A stretch of DNA of 53,779 nt, taken from positions 1 to 53,779 of the forward strand of contig DASROP010000147.1 in the NCBI GenBank assembly GCA_035646835.1, written 5' to 3'. Of the stretch, positions 20,854-28,771 are shown piece after piece. This stretch comes from Actinomycetales bacterium (GTDB taxonomy: Bacteria > Actinomycetota > Actinomycetes > Actinomycetales > DASROP01). The notes beneath the pieces were generated by a model. The model was not told the DNA's origin. It did no database searches and worked only from the letters and a program-made list of their open reading frames with translations. The first letter of the stretch is position 1; each line of letters begins with the position of its first letter. The translations under genes and the position numbers were made by a program.

Positions 20854-21180
20854 ATGGCTCCCCTGCCGCCCCAGGACGTCGACCGAGTGGCCGCGTGGTG
20901 CCGGACGCGGCTGCCGGAGAGCGTGCATGACGCCGTCCGCACCGAGTGCGACGTCGACGACGGCCACGTGACGATCATCGAGTCCCGGATCCCGGTGCAG
21001 GGTGGGTCGCTATGGAGCCGGTGCGCGGTGGCGCGACTGGAGTACAGCGGCACGTGGGCCCTGTACTGGAGGGACCGGCAGGGGAACTACCAGCACTATG
21101 ACTTCCTGCCGGCGTCCGGGCGGGTCGACGACCTGCTGACCGAGCTCGACCGCGACCCCGTCTCCGTCTTCTGGCGCTGA
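20854..21180 (+). CDS. DUF3024 domain protein
   Basis: 108 aa. ...VTIIESR...W....VARLEYS...WALYWRDRQGNYQHYD matches the DUF3024 pattern as I remember it. Confidence 0.6.
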   Translation: MAPLPPQDVDRVAAWCRTRLPESVHDAVRTECDVDDGHVTIIESRIPVQGGSLWSRCAVARLEYSGTWALYWRDRQGNYQHYDFLPASGRVDDLLTELDRDPVSVFWR

Positions 21181-22130
21181 GCGAGCACGCGCGAGAGCAG
21201 CGCGGGGTCGACGTTGCCGCCGGACACGACCGCCGCCGTCGTCCGCGCCGCCGGGACGAGGCCGTGCATCCAGGCGGCCACCGCGACGGCGCCCGACGGC
21301 TCGGTGACCAGCCGGCCGGCGAGTGCGAGGTGCCGCATCGCGGCGAGGATCTGCTCCTCCGTCACGGTGACGATGTCGTCGACCAGGCGGCGCACGTGCT
21401 CCCACGGGTGGACGCCGAGGGCCGTCGTCCGCAGCCCGTCGGCGAGGGTGCGGTAGGTCAGCGACCCGTCCCAGGTGACGCGCGTTCCCTCGCGCAGGCT
21501 CTGCGCCGCGTCGGCGGCCAGCTCGGGCTCGACGCCGATCACCCGGACGTCGGGCCGCAGCGCCTTGACCGCCGTCGCGACCCCGGAGATCAACCCACCG
21601 CCCGAGATCGGAACCAGCACCACGTCGAGGTCGTCGACCTGCTCGCACAGCTCGAGCCCGACGGTGCCCTGCCCGGCGATGATGTGCGGATGGTCGTACG
21701 GCGGCACGTGCACGAGACCGTGGGAGGCGACCAGCTCCAGCGGCCGGGTGTCCCGTTCGGACGACGGCACGATCTCGACGTCGGCGCCCAGCGCCCGGAC
21801 GCCCTCGATCTTGACCGGTGGCGCGGCATCGGGCATCACGATCACGGCGTGCAGGTCGAGCCGGCGGGCGAGCCAGGCGACCGCACGGGCGTGGTTGCCC
21901 GACGACTGCGCCACCACGCCGTGCTCGCGCGCCTCGGCCATCGCCAGCGTGATCGCGTTGGCGGCCCCGCGGACCTTGAACGCGCCGGTCGGCTGCAGCG
22001 ACTCGGCCTTGCAGTGCAGGACGTCGTCGATGCGGTCCGGGTGGGGCAGGGCGATAACCGGCGTGCGGATCGCCAGGCCGGCGACCCGCTCGGCGGCCGC
22101 GCGGACGTCGTCCAGGGTCACGAGGGTCAC
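21096..22130 (-). CDS. PLP-dependent serine/threonine dehydratase family enzyme
   Basis: PLP lysine motif SLQPTGAFKVRGA, SSGNHA, and glycine loop PISGGGLISG. GTG start at 22130. The 3' end overlaps the convergent DUF3024 gene by 85 nt. Confidence 0.82.
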   Translation of the reverse strand: MTLVTLDDVRAAAERVAGLAIRTPVIALPHPDRIDDVLHCKAESLQPTGAFKVRGAANAITLAMAEAREHGVVAQSSGNHARAVAWLARRLDLHAVIVMPDAAPPVKIEGVRALGADVEIVPSSERDTRPLELVASHGLVHVPPYDHPHIIAGQGTVGLELCEQVDDLDVVLVPISGGGLISGVATAVKALRPDVRVIGVEPELAADAAQSLREGTRVTWDGSLTYRTLADGLRTTALGVHPWEHVRRLVDDIVTVTEEQILAAMRHLALAGRLVTEPSGAVAVAAWMHGLVPAARTTAAVVSGGNVDPALLSRVLAQRQKTETGSRSSSVSRSSTRPDAGRKS

Positions 22131-22146
22131 CCGCCGACCGTAGCGG

Positions 22147-25100
22147 TCAGCCGGGGCCGGCGACCTCGACGAACCGGCACAGGGCGTTGACCTTGCGCAG
22201 CTGTTCCGGGGAGTGCACCGCCGCGTCCAGGAGGCGAGGGCTGCCGACGAGGACGGCCAGGCACTTGGCCCGCGAGACCGCGACGTTGAGCCGGTGCGTG
22301 TCGTAGAGGAAGTCGACGCCGCGGGGCGCGTCGTCGGCACTGGAGCTCGCGGTCGTGTAGATCACGACCGGCGCCTCCTTGCCCTGGAACTTGTCGACCG
22401 TCCCGACCCGGACGCCGGGTAGCGCGGCCTTCAGCCGCGCGACGTGGCTGTTGTAGGGCGCGACGACCAGGACGTCGTCCGGCCCCATCGTGTGCTCGGT
22501 TCCCTCGTGGTCGCGCCAGCGGGCGCCCACGAGCCCGTCGACCAGCCGGCGGACGGCGTCGCACTCCTCCTCCGAGGCCGCGGCGCGACCGACGTGCTCG
22601 ACCGGCACGAACCGCAGCCCGCTCCCCTCGATCGACGTCGTGCCCTCGATGCGTTGCCGTTCACGACCCGGCGCCGAGCTCAGCCGCCCCTCGTAGGAGA
22701 GGTCGGAGACGAAACCGGCGATGGCCGGGTGCATCCGCCAGGTCGTGGCGAGGAAGACGCCGCGGTCGGCCGGCACCGTGTCGTGGCCGTCGAGCAGGTG
22801 CTCGAGCACCGAGACGCCGGCCCCGTCGGGGTGCAGGGCCTGGCTCGGCTGGCTCAGCTGCTGCGGGTCGCCGAGCAGCACCATCGACGTGGCGGCCTGC
22901 GAGACGGCGAGGGCGTTCGCCAGGCTGAACTGGCCGGCCTCGTCGACGACCAGGACGTCGACGCTGCCCGCCATGTCCTCCCGCGACCACAACCAGGCGG
23001 TGCCGCCGACGAGTCGGGCGCTCCCGTCGCCGAGGCGGGTCACGACGTCGTCGTTGCCGGCCTGCTCGACACCGGGCGCGCCGCAGAAGTCGTCGACGTC
23101 GTTGCACCGCTGGAGGGCGGGACGCGCCACCGACCTCAGCAGGTGCCCGATCACCTCGTGGGACTGGGCCACCACACCGACGCGCAGTCCCTCGTCGAGC
23201 AGGGCGCGGATCAGTGCCGCGCCGATCGTGGTCTTGCCCGTTCCCGGCGGTCCCTGGACGGCGAGCACCTCGCCCGACAGCGACCGTCCGAGCCGGATGA
23301 CGGCCGCCTCGGACGACTCCCCCGGCGCCAGCTCGGTGGCGGCGGGCACGCGCCGGTCGAGGACGTTTCGCCCGAGCGGTTGCTCACCTGCGAGCACCGA
23401 GGTGCCGAGCCGGTGGACGGCGCCACGGAGGGCACGGTCGTCGATCGGCCCCGGTGGTCCGAAACCGCGTGACGTCAAGGGTTCTCGCTTCTTGCCCAGC
23501 CGGAGGACGACGTAGCCTTCGACGGCGTCGATCTCCTCGACGGTCCCGGCGCTGTCGTGCGTGTCGACGTCCAGGGCGGTCTTGCCGACGCCGATCTTGC
23601 AGTCCTGGGGCGGGAACTCGTACCGCCACAGCCGGCTCTGCTTGATCTCACCGACCTCGACGGGGGCGCCCAGCCGGCCGATCGCGCTGCCGTCGTCCGT
23701 CAGCTCGTCGTCGTCGAGGTCCTCCAGACGGAAGACGTCCCACCAGCCGGGCCGGGCCTCGCGGCGGTGCCACTGCACGAGGTCGGCGAGCAGCGGGTGG
23801 CCACCGTCGCGCAGGCGCTCGGCGAGCTCGATCTCGGCGACCTCGGCGTCGCTCAGCGGCTCCGCCGGGTCGAACGGCTCGTTGTCCGGTCGCGGCTGCG
23901 GGCCGTGCACCCCCTCCAGCTCGGAGCGGCGCTCCTCGAGCCAGTCATGCAGGGCGAGGGTGCTCTCGACGTCTGTGCGGTTGTAGGCCTCGATCTGCGG
24001 CAGGGTCTCGTCGTCGTGCTCGACCATCCAACGCTCGTAGGCGATCACACTCGACATCGCGTCGGCGACGTCGCCCGCCCCCCGCACCTCTTCCCAGTAG
24101 AAGGCCTCCATCTTCTTGATGGAGTAGGACTCCTTGCTGATCCGCAGCCCCTGCCTGACGACGGCGTACAGGTCGACGAAGCGCTCGGCACGCAGCAGCT
24201 GGTCGAGCTCGGTCTCCCGGACGCCGTGGCGCGCGGTCATCCGTTTCAGCGCCGTCGTCTCGTACGGGGCGTAGTGGTAGACGTGCATGCCCGGGTCGGC
24301 CCGCCAACGGGCCGTGAGGTCGTCGACGAGGTCGATCACGAGTCGGCGCTCGGCGTCGGGGTCATGGGCCCACAGCCCCGTGAAGGCGCCGGCGCGGTCG
24401 CCGAGACCGGCCAGGTAGTCGCGGCCCTCCCCGCCGTCCGCCCACGGGTCGCCCTCGAAGTCGAGGTACACGTCGCCGTCGCTGGGGGGCGGTAGCCGCA
24501 GCAGCCCGCGTCGCGGCTCGGGGTCCAGCAGCGCGTAGTGGGGCCCGCGGGTCTGGCGCTCGCGCACCTGCAGGGCGGCCTGTTGCACCATGCGCTCCCG
24601 GGTGCCGGAGCCGATGCCCTCGAGCGACAGCGGGTCCGAGCCCGCCAGCTGCTCGACGGTGCGGACGCCCTGCTCGCGGAGGCGTTCGCGGTGGTCGGCG
24701 CGCATGAACGCCACCAGGGAGAGGTCGTCGTCCGCCCGCCACTGCCCCTGGCACCGGCCGAGCCAGCGGCACTGGGAGCAGTGCGCCACCGGCACCGGCT
24801 CGGTGGGTGCCGGCGCGGTGACCGCGGCGCGGAGCCGGGTCCGGGCGCGCCGTGCGTACGAGGCGACGTCGAACAGGCGCCAGGGGTGCGAGACCCCGTC
24901 GCCGGTCACCACGTAGAGGTGCTCGGGGTCGGTGCCCTGAAGGACGGCGAGCCGTTCGGCGTAGGTGGCCATCTGGAGCAGGGCGGGCACCTTGAGCCGC
25001 CGGGCCAGCTTCGTGTCCGCGACCTCGTACGACCAGGCGCCGAGGTCGGAGGGCCGGTCTACCTTGAGCAGGAAGTCGGCCTGGCCGCCCCACATCCCGT

Positions 25101-25425
25101 CGTACAGCGTGGCCTGGTAGACGACGTCGATGCCGGAGCGCATCGCCTCCAGCGTCTGCCGCTCGGCCTCCTGCCGCTCGGTGTGCCCGAAGACGGTGTC
25201 GACCTCGACGACGGAGAGCCCGTCGCCCTTGAGCTTCGCGAGGTAGTCCGCCTCGTGGGCCAGGCCCTTCGCGAAGATCAGCTGCAGCGCCTCGTCGTCA
25301 CCCTGGTCCGGCTTGGCCAGGCCGCGGTGGGCCACGGCGAGGTCGAGGGTCGTGAGGTGCGCGCACGCGAGGTGCTTGGTCAGGTCGGTCGGGCTGAGCA
25401 CCAGCCGACCGTCCACGTCTCTCAT
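22147..25425 (-). CDS. RecB-like (TM0106-type) nuclease / RNase H-like exonuclease domain fused to an SF1 (DNA2/UPF1-like) helicase
   Basis: PD-(D/E)xK signature GQADFLLKV...YEVADTKLA, Cys cluster CSQCRWLGRC, and DEDD-like VYLDFEGDPW. Helicase motifs are Walker A GPPGTGKT, Walker B VLVVDEAGQ, VDKFQGKEAPVVI and LNVAVSRAK. ATG at 25425 with a GGGAGCGGG RBS. Confidence 0.82.
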   Translation of the reverse strand: MRDVDGRLVLSPTDLTKHLACAHLTTLDLAVAHRGLAKPDQGDDEALQLIFAKGLAHEADYLAKLKGDGLSVVEVDTVFGHTERQEAERQTLEAMRSGIDVVYQATLYDGMWGGQADFLLKVDRPSDLGAWSYEVADTKLARRLKVPALLQMATYAERLAVLQGTDPEHLYVVTGDGVSHPWRLFDVASYARRARTRLRAAVTAPAPTEPVPVAHCSQCRWLGRCQGQWRADDDLSLVAFMRADHRERLREQGVRTVEQLAGSDPLSLEGIGSGTRERMVQQAALQVRERQTRGPHYALLDPEPRRGLLRLPPPSDGDVYLDFEGDPWADGGEGRDYLAGLGDRAGAFTGLWAHDPDAERRLVIDLVDDLTARWRADPGMHVYHYAPYETTALKRMTARHGVRETELDQLLRAERFVDLYAVVRQGLRISKESYSIKKMEAFYWEEVRGAGDVADAMSSVIAYERWMVEHDDETLPQIEAYNRTDVESTLALHDWLEERRSELEGVHGPQPRPDNEPFDPAEPLSDAEVAEIELAERLRDGGHPLLADLVQWHRREARPGWWDVFRLEDLDDDELTDDGSAIGRLGAPVEVGEIKQSRLWRYEFPPQDCKIGVGKTALDVDTHDSAGTVEEIDAVEGYVVLRLGKKREPLTSRGFGPPGPIDDRALRGAVHRLGTSVLAGEQPLGRNVLDRRVPAATELAPGESSEAAVIRLGRSLSGEVLAVQGPPGTGKTTIGAALIRALLDEGLRVGVVAQSHEVIGHLLRSVARPALQRCNDVDDFCGAPGVEQAGNDDVVTRLGDGSARLVGGTAWLWSREDMAGSVDVLVVDEAGQFSLANALAVSQAATSMVLLGDPQQLSQPSQALHPDGAGVSVLEHLLDGHDTVPADRGVFLATTWRMHPAIAGFVSDLSYEGRLSSAPGRERQRIEGTTSIEGSGLRFVPVEHVGRAAASEEECDAVRRLVDGLVGARWRDHEGTEHTMGPDDVLVVAPYNSHVARLKAALPGVRVGTVDKFQGKEAPVVIYTTASSSADDAPRGVDFLYDTHRLNVAVSRAKCLAVLVGSPRLLDAAVHSPEQLRKVNALCRFVEVAGPG

Positions 25426-25495
25426 CCCGCTCCCCCCTCGGTCGTCGTGACCCCAGTCTGGGCCACCCCACCGACACCGCTGGCTGGGAGACGGG

Positions 25496-26242
25496 TCAGA
25501 GCCAGGTGGGCAGCTTCGGGAGAGCCACGTCGGCACCCGGACGACGGACGGTCAGCAGGCTGCCGTCCGCGCGGCCCACCAGCCACCCCAGCACATCGGT
25601 CGCCGACCCGGTGACGACGACGGGGACCGCGTCGTCCGGGCCGAGCACCCACCGCCGGTCGCGGTCGGTCGGCTCGAGCGTCACCGCGGGGCACCCGTCG
25701 CGCCCGGACAGGAAGCCGGAGGCATCGTCGAGCAGCAGGTCGACCACTCCGACCGGCAGGTCCGCGACCACGGCCCCGGCGGCGAGGTCGACGGCGTGCA
25801 GCCACACCTCCCGGATCCGCATCCACGGGATGTCGGACGCCGGCATGTCGCGGCCCAGCGCACTGCGCACGCGGGCCCGTCGGCCGGCGTCGTCCAGGGC
25901 GTCGAGCGCCTCGTCGAGCTCTGCCGCCGTCCGCACCAGGTCGTCACGCAGCCGGTCCGCGGGCAACGTGGCCGACACCTCGATCTCGGCGGCACGCTCC
26001 GAGCGGCTGGCGTACATCGGAGTCTCGACACCGGTCCGGGCCCACGCGACGAGTCGCCCGAGTGCCTCGGCGTTGCGGGCGAGGTGCCCGACGACGTGCG
26101 CCCGGCTCCAGCCCGGCAGCCCGCTCGGCTCGGCCAGCTGCCCGTCGTCCAGCCGATCCACGGCAGCCAGCAGGAACGCCGTCCCCTCCCTCATCCACGG
26201 CAACGTGACCGTGACGTCGTCGCGCCGTCCCGCCGTCCCCAT
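25496..26242 (-). CDS. Maleylpyruvate isomerase family mycothiol-dependent enzyme (DinB/MDMPI fold)
   Basis: ...GWSRAHVVGHLARNAEAL... is typical of TIGR03083-type proteins. The start is taken at MGTAGRRDD (26242); this choice is uncertain. Confidence 0.72.
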   Translation of the reverse strand: MGTAGRRDDVTVTLPWMREGTAFLLAAVDRLDDGQLAEPSGLPGWSRAHVVGHLARNAEALGRLVAWARTGVETPMYASRSERAAEIEVSATLPADRLRDDLVRTAAELDEALDALDDAGRRARVRSALGRDMPASDIPWMRIREVWLHAVDLAAGAVVADLPVGVVDLLLDDASGFLSGRDGCPAVTLEPTDRDRRWVLGPDDAVPVVVTGSATDVLGWLVGRADGSLLTVRRPGADVALPKLPTWL

Positions 26243-26541
26243 CGCCGACCCACTTCCTGCCGCGCCACATGTGCTGTCTGCCCAGTTGATCACGTTCTGG
26301 TCCGGCACCAGGCTGCAGAAGTCGTCGAAACCGCTTGGCACCACGCCCGGCGGGGCGCACGATGGGTGGTCATCGAGAGGTGGTCGAATGAGCTCCGGAC
26401 GTTACTGGGACCTGCGCGAGTGCCGCTGGGTCGCCTGGCAACCACAGGCGCCCGGAATCCCCGAGCCCCGAGAGTCGACGGACACGCCGGCCCAGCCTCG
26501 ACCGACCTCCCGCGACGCGATCCGCGACCAGGAGGCGACAC

Positions 26542-27147
26542 ATGTTCGTGCAGGTCATCCAGGGACAGCTCACTGACGACGGGCCGGTGCTGAAGGCGCT
26601 CGACGACTGGGTCGAGCGCCTGTCGGCGGGCGCGGACGGCTGGCTGGGCAGTACCTCGGGCACGACGGACGACGGCAGCTTCGTCGGCATCGTCTGCTTC
26701 GACGACGAGCCGTCGGCACGGCGCAACAGCGCCCGGCCGGAGCAGGACGACTGGTGGTCGAGGACGTCGGGTCTCTTCGCCGGTGACGTGGCCTTCCACG
26801 ACAGTGCCGAGGCGGAGACGCTCCGCGGGGGTCCGTCGTCCGACGCGGGCTTCGTGCAGGTGATCCGGGGCCGCACGAGTGACGCCACTCGGCTGCGGGA
26901 GTCCGAGAGGACGCTGGAGACCACCTCCTCCGGGCTTCGGCCGGACCTGCTGGGCCTCGTCGTGGCCACGCACGACGACGGCACCTTCACCGAGGTGGCG
27001 TACTTCTCCAGCGAGGAAGATGCCCGCCGCGGCGAGGCCGAGGACCCGCCGCACGACGCCCGCGCGGCGATGGAGGAGGGGATGTCGGTGATGGACGACG
27101 TCACCTACCTCGACCTGCGCCGGCCGGTACTGCACCAGCCGGCCTGA
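26542..27147 (+). CDS. Hypothetical protein with an internal two-fold duplication
   Basis: ATG with GGAGG 6 nt upstream. The halves MFVQVIQGQLTD...DDGSFVGIVCFDDEPSARR and GFVQVIRGRTSD...DDGTFTEVAYFSSEEDARR align with each other. A ferredoxin-like/ABM-like fold is a guess. Confidence 0.55.
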   Translation: MFVQVIQGQLTDDGPVLKALDDWVERLSAGADGWLGSTSGTTDDGSFVGIVCFDDEPSARRNSARPEQDDWWSRTSGLFAGDVAFHDSAEAETLRGGPSSDAGFVQVIRGRTSDATRLRESERTLETTSSGLRPDLLGLVVATHDDGTFTEVAYFSSEEDARRGEAEDPPHDARAAMEEGMSVMDDVTYLDLRRPVLHQPA

Positions 27148-27404
27148 CCAGGGTCACCGGCGCCGTCCCCTGCCCGTAGCGGGCGCGAAGCTGGCCGGGC
27201 GCCACCTCGGTCCCGCGGCACTGCGGGGCCACGACTGGAGGCTGGACGTCCCGAAGCCGCCGGTGGCGCCCTTCCCGAAGACCTCGTCGCACTGGTGCAG
27301 GGCGTCGGACGGCGGCACGGGCACGTGCGCGTGGAGGCCGCCGTCCCCTGGGAGGTCCCGGCACCCAGCGCGCTGGGCCCGGGGATCGAGCGGGTTCGAC
27401 GTAT

Positions 27405-27440
27405 GGTAGACGTAGTCTACCACCAGGGTAGAGTGCTACC
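27405..27440. promoter_or_regulatory. Candidate VapB operator: two GGTAG..CTACC palindromes
   Basis: ggtagac-gta-gtctacc (27405-27421) and ggtag-agtg-ctacc (27427-27440). They end 8 nt before the vapB ATG. Confidence 0.45.
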
Positions 27441-27447
27441 CGTGGGG

Positions 27448-27705
27448 ATGAACATCAAGAACGAGAGGACGCAGCGCCTCACCCGTGAGCTCGCCGAGCG
27501 GACCGGTGAGAGCCTCACGACGGCGATCACGGTCGCGGTCGAGGAGCGGCTCGCGCGGCTCGATGCCGCCGACTCCGACCACGTCACGGACCTCACCGAG
27601 CGGATCCTCGCGATAGGCCGCGGCATCGCCCCACGACTGAAGGGCCCGTTCGCGGACCAGGATCACGGGGACCTCCTGTACGACAGCAAGGGTCTTCCCC
27701 GGTGA
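27448..27705 (+). CDS. vapB: Type II antitoxin VapB (Rv0623-like)
   Basis: MNIKNERTQRLTRELAERTGESLTTAITVAVEERL resembles Rv0623-like antitoxins. GTGA overlap with the downstream PIN gene. Confidence 0.82.
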   Translation: MNIKNERTQRLTRELAERTGESLTTAITVAVEERLARLDAADSDHVTDLTERILAIGRGIAPRLKGPFADQDHGDLLYDSKGLPR

Positions 27706-28097
27706 TCGTCGACGCGTCCGCGCTCGTCGCCATCGTCAGGGACGAGCCCGACAGCGACGTGTACGCCCGCGCGCTCGCCCGGAGCCGGGACGCGCGCCTG
27801 TCGGCGGCGACCTACGTCGAGGCCGCCGTCGTCGTCGACTCAGCCGAGGACCCGGTGGCCTCGCGCCAGTTCGATGACCTCCTCCAGACGTCGGGGGTGA
27901 CCGTCGTGGCAGTGACTTCCGCGCATGCGGAGATCGCGCGCGAGGCGTACCGCGACTACGGCAAGGGCAGCGGGCACCCCGCGAGACTGAACCTCGGCGA
28001 CTGCTTCTCCTACGCGCTGGCGCGTGCCACCGGCGAGCCCTTGCTGTTCAAGGGTGACGACTTCTCGCACACCGATCTGCGCTCGGCCCTGGAGTAA
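27702..28097 (+). CDS. vapC: Type II toxin VapC (PIN-domain ribonuclease)
   Basis: MIVDASALVA (first acidic residue), ...YVEAA... and ...LNLGDCFSYALA... PIN signature, 131 aa. Confidence 0.88.
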   Translation: MIVDASALVAIVRDEPDSDVYARALARSRDARLSAATYVEAAVVVDSAEDPVASRQFDDLLQTSGVTVVAVTSAHAEIAREAYRDYGKGSGHPARLNLGDCFSYALARATGEPLLFKGDDFSHTDLRSALE

Positions 28098-28135
28098 CGC
28101 CCTCACGCCGTCGATGTCGTCGCCCGGCGGCGCGG

Positions 28136-28771
28136 TCAGGTGCCGAGGCCCGCCTCGCGGGCGATCACGATGGCTGCGCCGCGGTGGGTGACGCCGAGCT
28201 TGGCGAACAGGCTGCTCATCGCGTTCTGCACCGTCTTGACCGACAGGAAGAGCTGCCGCGCGATCTGAGGGTTGGTCAGCCCGCGGGCGACGAGGTCGAG
28301 GATCTCCCGTTCACGGGGGGTCAGCTCGGGGATCGGTCCGTGCCCGGGCGGGCGGACGGCGGCCTGCAGGATCTGGTGCCCGACCGGCCCGGCCAGGACG
28401 GTGTGCCCGTCGGCGACACCGCGGATCGCCCGGGCTATCTCGTCCGGCGCCGCTCCCTTGAGCAGGTAGCCGTGGGCCCCAGCCCGCATCGCTCGGAGCA
28501 CCACCTCCTCCTCGTCGTGCATGGTGAGCACCAGCACGCGCACGCCCGCCTCACGGGCGCGGAGCTCGGCGACCACCGAGCTGCCATCGAGCACCGGCAT
28601 GTCGAGGTCGACCACGGCGACGTCGGCGGGCACCTCGCCGGCCAGGTCGAGCATGGCCTGGCCGTCGTCCGCCGTCCCGACGACCTCGATCCCGTCGACG
28701 GTCTCGAGCAGCATCCGCAGGCCCGCGAGGAAGACGGGGTGGTCGTCGGCGAGGAGCACCCGGACGGTCAC
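28136..28771 (-). CDS. NarL/LuxR-family response regulator
   Basis: Receiver VLLADDH...DLDMPVLDG, plus LuxR HTH TPREREILDLVARGLTNPQIARQLFLSVKTVQNAMSSLFAKLGV. Confidence 0.9.
   Translation of the reverse strand: MTVRVLLADDHPVFLAGLRMLLETVDGIEVVGTADDGQAMLDLAGEVPADVAVVDLDMPVLDGSSVVAELRAREAGVRVLVLTMHDEEEVVLRAMRAGAHGYLLKGAAPDEIARAIRGVADGHTVLAGPVGHQILQAAVRPPGHGPIPELTPREREILDLVARGLTNPQIARQLFLSVKTVQNAMSSLFAKLGVTHRGAAIVIAREAGLGT

Noticed and set aside
21096-21180. An 85-nt convergent overlap between the dehydratase 3' end and the DUF3024 3' end, which could point to a mis-called gene or antisense regulation.
   Set aside because: Both genes have clear signatures up to near their ends. The dehydratase simply lacks an earlier in-frame stop, so the last ~25 residues (QRQKTETGSRSSS...) may or may not be real. 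This is not enough to call anything unusual.
27154-27423. The 89-aa ORF on the minus strand in the gap before vapB.
   Set aside because: It has no recognisable motif and no RBS. Its 5' end runs through the palindromic vapB operator, and its composition looks like non-coding high-GC sequence. I treated the region as intergenic.
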